Shown here: piece by piece, positions 60,145 to 64,000 of the stretch
Position numbering within the stretch: position 1 is the stretch's first letter
Layout of the letters: each line of letters begins with the position of its first letter
Assembly: GCA_051013385.1 (NCBI GenBank)
Contig: CP143273.1
Location: 928,001 to 992,000, forward strand
Length of the DNA: 64,000 bases
Source of the DNA: Phormidium sp.
GTDB lineage: Bacteria; Cyanobacteriota; Cyanobacteriia; Cyanobacteriales; Aerosakkonemataceae
Direction: 5' to 3'
Translations under genes and position numbers: made by a program
The notes under the pieces: model-generated
Told to the model about the DNA's origin: nothing
The model's input: the letters and a program-made list of their open reading frames with translations, nothing else
Databases searched by the model: none

Positions 60145-60314
60145 ATCCCTACTTATTCCGAAAAATTTTATTGGACATCAGTCTAAGGGATTACAGTTCA
60201 TAGAACAAAGCAATAGTTACAAAAATAAATACCCCTTAACACTTTGAAATCTAAAGCGAGATCCCCGACTTCTGAGATCCCCGACTTCTTGGAGAAGTCG
60301 GGGATCTCAATAAT

Positions 60315-61643
60315 TCAGAAGTTGATTATTTCTCCTTCCGCAGCTTTGTTGTAAAACACCGAAGCAACCATTTCACCATTTGGTTGGTAAAGTACAATCC
60401 GACCACCAGAATTGCCTAATTGCATAGACTGAGGACTGTTCGATCGCACAGAAAACTCTTTCTCTTCATTAGCCGCTAGACTACCCTCCAGCATTCGCCG
60501 CCGACCTAGTTTATCAGTAAGAAACCAACCATCTAAGGCAATAGGTTCTGAAGAAGTATTTTTTAGTTTCACCCATTCGCCTGATTCGGCTCCTTTAGGA
60601 TTAGGAAGAGCAGCTACCACCACCACAGAGCCATTTTGTATTTGTACATCATTAATTGGTCGCAAAACAGGGGTGCTACCGGGTATTGGTAAAGGCTCAA
60701 AATTTCCACCTCGGAACTCAGGATAAAACGAACGAATGTGCTTACCTCGTTGATTATCCTTTGTCGTCTCTCGATAAATCACCAAGTTATAATTTCCCCC
60801 CTGAATAGTCACAGCCCGTCGTTCATTAACCGTTAATTTCTGAACAGATTCGTAGTAAGCTACAGTTCCCAGAGCCATGTCACATTCTGGACTAATACCA
60901 ACAAAAAAACCGCCACGCTCCTTGAAAATCTGAGCCACAGGATTGCCAGCCATATCATCTAGAGTCCATGTCATTTGCAATGTTACAACATGAGGATTTA
61001 GTACCTCTGACACTCCAGGCAATTTGTATTGTGTACCGAGAAAATTAACTCGACCTTTAGACTCATCCAAGTAAAACTTCACCCAATTATGATATCCAGA
61101 AATTTCTCCCCAACCCGGACCTCCTCGCAAGTTGAATTTACCTTCACCAACAAAAACGTGCTCAAACCCAGAACAAAACTTAACAACATCTTCACCAAAA
61201 TAATTAGTGTAAGGCTCAAACCAAATTATTTGGAGTTCTTGCTTAAACTTATCTTTTGACATTGGCTTTCCGAGTCCTTTCGTAATGTACTCGTAAGCCA
61301 ACTGCATCGGTTTGGTATTAATTAACAAATCGAGAAATTCGCTGATTTCTTTGTCTTCCTCTGATGTGAAATCTTCAGGGTCTCGGTAATTCACTAAATA
61401 ATTGTCAAATAGCTTAATCATCGCCTGGTAAGTAGGTTTTGAGAGGCGAGATTCTGCCACTTTAGAAAATAGAGGATTAACAGCTAAATCAGTCCATTTA
61501 TCTCCTGCGGCTTTCACTTGATGATCAAGTAAAATATCGGCATTGGGGTCAACCCAATTGCCATTTTTGTCACGTACACTTACGGAAAAGCGATCGGCAT
61601 CAGCTTCCCAAATTCGATCGTAAATTGTTGGATCGGCAAGCAT
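60315..61643 (-). CDS. XendoU/EndoU-family endoribonuclease fused to a C-terminal lamin-tail domain
   Basis: SGFEHVFVGE, SGYHNWVKFY and GGFFVGISPE; LTD motifs ALPNPKG, EWVKLKN, LDGW and LGNSGG; AAAGGAG RBS. Confidence 0.85.
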   Translation of the reverse strand: MLADPTIYDRIWEADADRFSVSVRDKNGNWVDPNADILLDHQVKAAGDKWTDLAVNPLFSKVAESRLSKPTYQAMIKLFDNYLVNYRDPEDFTSEEDKEISEFLDLLINTKPMQLAYEYITKGLGKPMSKDKFKQELQIIWFEPYTNYFGEDVVKFCSGFEHVFVGEGKFNLRGGPGWGEISGYHNWVKFYLDESKGRVNFLGTQYKLPGVSEVLNPHVVTLQMTWTLDDMAGNPVAQIFKERGGFFVGISPECDMALGTVAYYESVQKLTVNERRAVTIQGGNYNLVIYRETTKDNQRGKHIRSFYPEFRGGNFEPLPIPGSTPVLRPINDVQIQNGSVVVVAALPNPKGAESGEWVKLKNTSSEPIALDGWFLTDKLGRRRMLEGSLAANEEKEFSVRSNSPQSMQLGNSGGRIVLYQPNGEMVASVFYNKAAEGEIINF

Positions 61644-61678
61644 TTGTTTGTACTCCTTTCAAATTTTCTGAGCTTTGG

Positions 61679-62674
61679 TTATAAATCAAAAGTTGCTGTG
61701 ACAGGTGCATGATCTGAACCGGGCTTGCCTCGTCGTTGCATTGGCTCGTCCTTGACAGAAGGTAGTATGTTAATAAAATCGACATAGCTATCTACTTCCG
61801 GCAATTTCCGAGGCTGACCAGGTAGCAACTCCTGACTGACAAGAATATGATCAATTAATTCTTTGTTGTTCTGATAGATCCGGGAATAACGTCTGTTTTC
61901 GGGAATCAATGCAGCTAAATTAAATAACCTAGTGTCATCTCCCTGGTCTGGCATCTTGAAGCCGCTTGTACCAATTTCACTCCCTGTTGGGCCTTGCAAA
62001 ATTTGAGTAGTTGCCGCAGATGGCACATCATTCAAATCCCCTAAAATGATAAGTCCCTGTTTATTATTGTTTTCCAGAATCTTGTTTGCTATAACACGCA
62101 ATGCCACAGATTCAGCTGTCCGCCTTAAAAGTGCTAATCCAGCAACTTGGCTACGTTCGTTCTCATTTTTAGGAGCGAATCGTGCTTTACCTGTTGATGA
62201 GGGAAAGGTCAGCAGTTTAGATTTTAAGTGTGCATTGATCAGATGAATGGGGATACTTTGTTTAGGTCTAACTAATATCCGAAGCGCACCCCGACCCATC
62301 TTATTAATTTCAGTTACGCTTTCTTCAGTGACAAAGCCAAGTACTTTGAGCAAACCACCTTCAGGAAAAGCCTCTATATCTTCATTTTCCTCAATTTCTA
62401 ATTTGGAAATAAAGCTAACACGAATTCCGCGAGAATCGGGCGATGTAGATACACTCTTGTATGGATAACGTCCTTTTAAAAGAGCAACAAGTTCTTCGAG
62501 CGCTTCCAAACTGCCTATTTCTTGAAGAGCCAGTACATCAGGATCAAGCTCCAAAATCACATTAGCTAAACTGATTAGCTTTTGGCTGTATTCTTCTTGT
62601 GTTTTGGGGCCAAACTCACTACCGACTAGAAATAGATTCTCTACATTCCAAGTCATGACTTTAAACTTAGCCAT
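61679..62674 (-). CDS. Endonuclease/exonuclease/phosphatase (EEP) family protein
   Basis: TWNVENL, LALQE, HLKSK, LGDLND, IDHIL and SDHAP. GGAGG precedes ATG 62674. Confidence 0.92.
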   Translation of the reverse strand: MAKFKVMTWNVENLFLVGSEFGPKTQEEYSQKLISLANVILELDPDVLALQEIGSLEALEELVALLKGRYPYKSVSTSPDSRGIRVSFISKLEIEENEDIEAFPEGGLLKVLGFVTEESVTEINKMGRGALRILVRPKQSIPIHLINAHLKSKLLTFPSSTGKARFAPKNENERSQVAGLALLRRTAESVALRVIANKILENNNKQGLIILGDLNDVPSAATTQILQGPTGSEIGTSGFKMPDQGDDTRLFNLAALIPENRRYSRIYQNNKELIDHILVSQELLPGQPRKLPEVDSYVDFINILPSVKDEPMQRRGKPGSDHAPVTATFDL

Positions 62675-62910
62675 GATTTCCTCCAAATAATTTGATCTGG
62701 TTTTGATAAGTATCTTTTAGCTTGACTTGAGAGCGCAAGGGTGGACAACAAACTGCGATCTGTAAATTTATCTGTTCTTCCGTACTTATGCTTACGCCCA
62801 GCGTGGCACAGGCAGATTCCATTTCTCCGGTTATAGCCCACACTTATCACTATAAGCAGCAAGACATATAGCATAACTCATTGAATTTGTTGACATATAG
62901 TAAATAAAAC

Positions 62911-62928
62911 GTTACATTTATTTACATA
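62911..62928 (+). promoter_or_regulatory. HLR1 element (RpaB binding site)
   Basis: GTTACATT-TA-TTTACATA matches the (G/T)TTACA(T/A)(T/A)-N2 direct repeat consensus, 28 bp upstream of psb34. Confidence 0.8.
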
Positions 62929-62956
62929 AGGAAACAAACGAGAGAGAGAGAAACAA

Positions 62957-63124
62957 ATGTACACCACCAACGAAGAAGGCATTTTGAACAACTACGCTGC
63001 TGAACCCACCGTTTACTTTGCTGAGTACCCTTCACCAGAACAGCAACAGCGTTACCTGTTTCAAGGTGCTCTTTCAGTTATGTTTATTACCCTGTTAGTT
63101 TTGACTGCTTTTGGGGTTAGCTAA
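62957..63124 (+). CDS. psb34: Photosystem II assembly factor Psb34 (Ssl1498 family), 55 aa; absent from the ORF track
   Basis: Translates to MYTTNEEGILNNYAAEPTVYFAEYPSPEQQQRYLFQGALSVMFITLLVLTAFGVS. Confidence 0.9.
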   Translation: MYTTNEEGILNNYAAEPTVYFAEYPSPEQQQRYLFQGALSVMFITLLVLTAFGVS

Positions 63125-63183
63125 GGATTTATTTGATTTTAACTAAGGTGAATCGCGTCTAATAGAAGAATTCTCCCAATCAG

Positions 63184-63208
63184 CCTCAGTCTAAAAACTG
63201 AGGTTTTT
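63184..63208 (+). terminator. Intrinsic terminator after psb34
   Basis: CCTCAGT-ctaaaa-ACTGAGG followed by TTTTT. Confidence 0.75.
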
Positions 63209-63606
63209 GCTATTGTTTGCTTCAGCTAAAAACTCAAAATAAATCCACTTCCTAAAACTCACAAAAAACTGACGACAACAATATTTAATACAAACTTTTG
63301 GTTTCGCTGCGCGTGCAGCGAAAGCGATTAGTGGAGGGGAGGAACTTATTCAGCAGATGGTGTAGCGACTGGCTCTTTCGGAGCTTTCGGCTTACGTTCA
63401 AAAACCTCGCTCTCCCGTACTTGTGGTGCAAAACCCTACTTTTGGGGACTGGGGACTGGGGACTAGGGACTGGGATTTCTTATGGACTAAACACTTTGCT
63501 AATTAATTAGGTTTACTTATCACCATGACTACGGGAGAGCCTAATATCCGCTAAATTTGCCCGAATGAGAGGAAAAACTTCTTGGTTTACTGATTAAATT
63601 AATTCT

Positions 63607-64000
63607 ATGAATAAAATAACATCTACTGAGATTGTCCGCATTCTGTACAGTTCGCCCTTGAGCCGTCCTAAAAATGCGATCTTTGCCATCATCGTTCTGG
63701 TTGTGCTGTTACTAGCCAGTACGTTTTCGTTATTCCGTGTCTACTTTTCGACCCTCTCCCCAGCGGCTGTTCAGGTTTACATCATTGGCTTACTTGGCAC
63801 GTTCCTGGTGACGCTGTTCCCCCTTGCCATCCTGTGGTTTTTGGATCGACGTGAACCAGAATCTCGCTGGCTTTATCTGATTGCCTTACTGTGGGGGGCG
63901 CTGATTTCCTCTGGAATCGCTTTTCCCACTAACAACGTTTTCTTCAAGAGTATAGGTGATTTTGTGGCGCTTCACCCTGATATCAAAGGCGTTTTGGGCG
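63607..64000 (+). CDS. PrsW-family intramembrane metalloprotease (3' end outside window)
   Basis: Open frame from ATG 63607 to the window end; TM helices with LWFLDRREPE...LLWGA. Confidence 0.75.
   Translation, partial: MNKITSTEIVRILYSSPLSRPKNAIFAIIVLVVLLLASTFSLFRVYFSTLSPAAVQVYIIGLLGTFLVTLFPLAILWFLDRREPESRWLYLIALLWGALISSGIAFPTNNVFFKSIGDFVALHPDIKGVLG

Noticed and set aside
63298..63540. ORF 63298-63510 and inverted repeat GCTCTCCCGTA (63409) / TACGGGAGAGC (63530)
   Set aside because: The ORF runs through heptamer repeats with a TTG start and no motif. An 11-bp inverted match, with a similar sequence at 22093, is too short to support an element.
1..64000. Abundant GCGATCGC and many short antisense or overlapping ORFs (e.g. 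961-1227, 8239-8610, 25334-25717, 38352-38696)
   Set aside because: GCGATCGC is the known HIP1 repeat. The short ORFs shadow well-supported genes and lack motifs.

Overview
64 kb of chromosome from a filamentous cyanobacterium (HIP1 octamer GCGATCGC throughout, STRR-type 7-8 bp tandem repeats, many REP-like palindromes, psb34, chlH-like and pilB-pilT-pilC genes; Oscillatoriales-like is an inference). In order it holds: the tail of a probable lasso-peptide-type cluster (ABC exporter plus nucleotidyltransferase); a stress island (DUF2231, three hemerythrin-domain genes, an SDR and a YhfW-like FAD/Rieske oxidoreductase); a BchH-type Mg-chelatase H paralog; two toxin-antitoxin pairs; the conserved grpE-dnaK-dnaJ-tusA-rsgA / pilB-pilT-pilC block; housekeeping genes (mazG, htpX-like, wzm/wzt, proA, folB); an uncharacterised catabolic-looking cluster; a Ser/Thr kinase-GUN4 fusion; an EEP nuclease plus XendoU-LTD pair; psb34; and the start of a PrsW-family gene. 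I saw no tRNA, rRNA, CRISPR array or intact transposase. Top lead: the 3' end of the kinase-GUN4 gene has an A-poor, micro-duplicated 60-nt segment followed by an anchor with TAA stops in all three frames at 7-nt spacing, which suggests a length-tolerant hypervariable cassette. Other leads: enzymes with altered catalytic residues in the 44-52 kb cluster, a three-hairpin kissing-loop RNA candidate near 12 kb, repeat elements translated in frame inside ChlH and RsgA, and a MITE-like end pair with variable cargo. All family calls come from motif recognition; no database searches were run.
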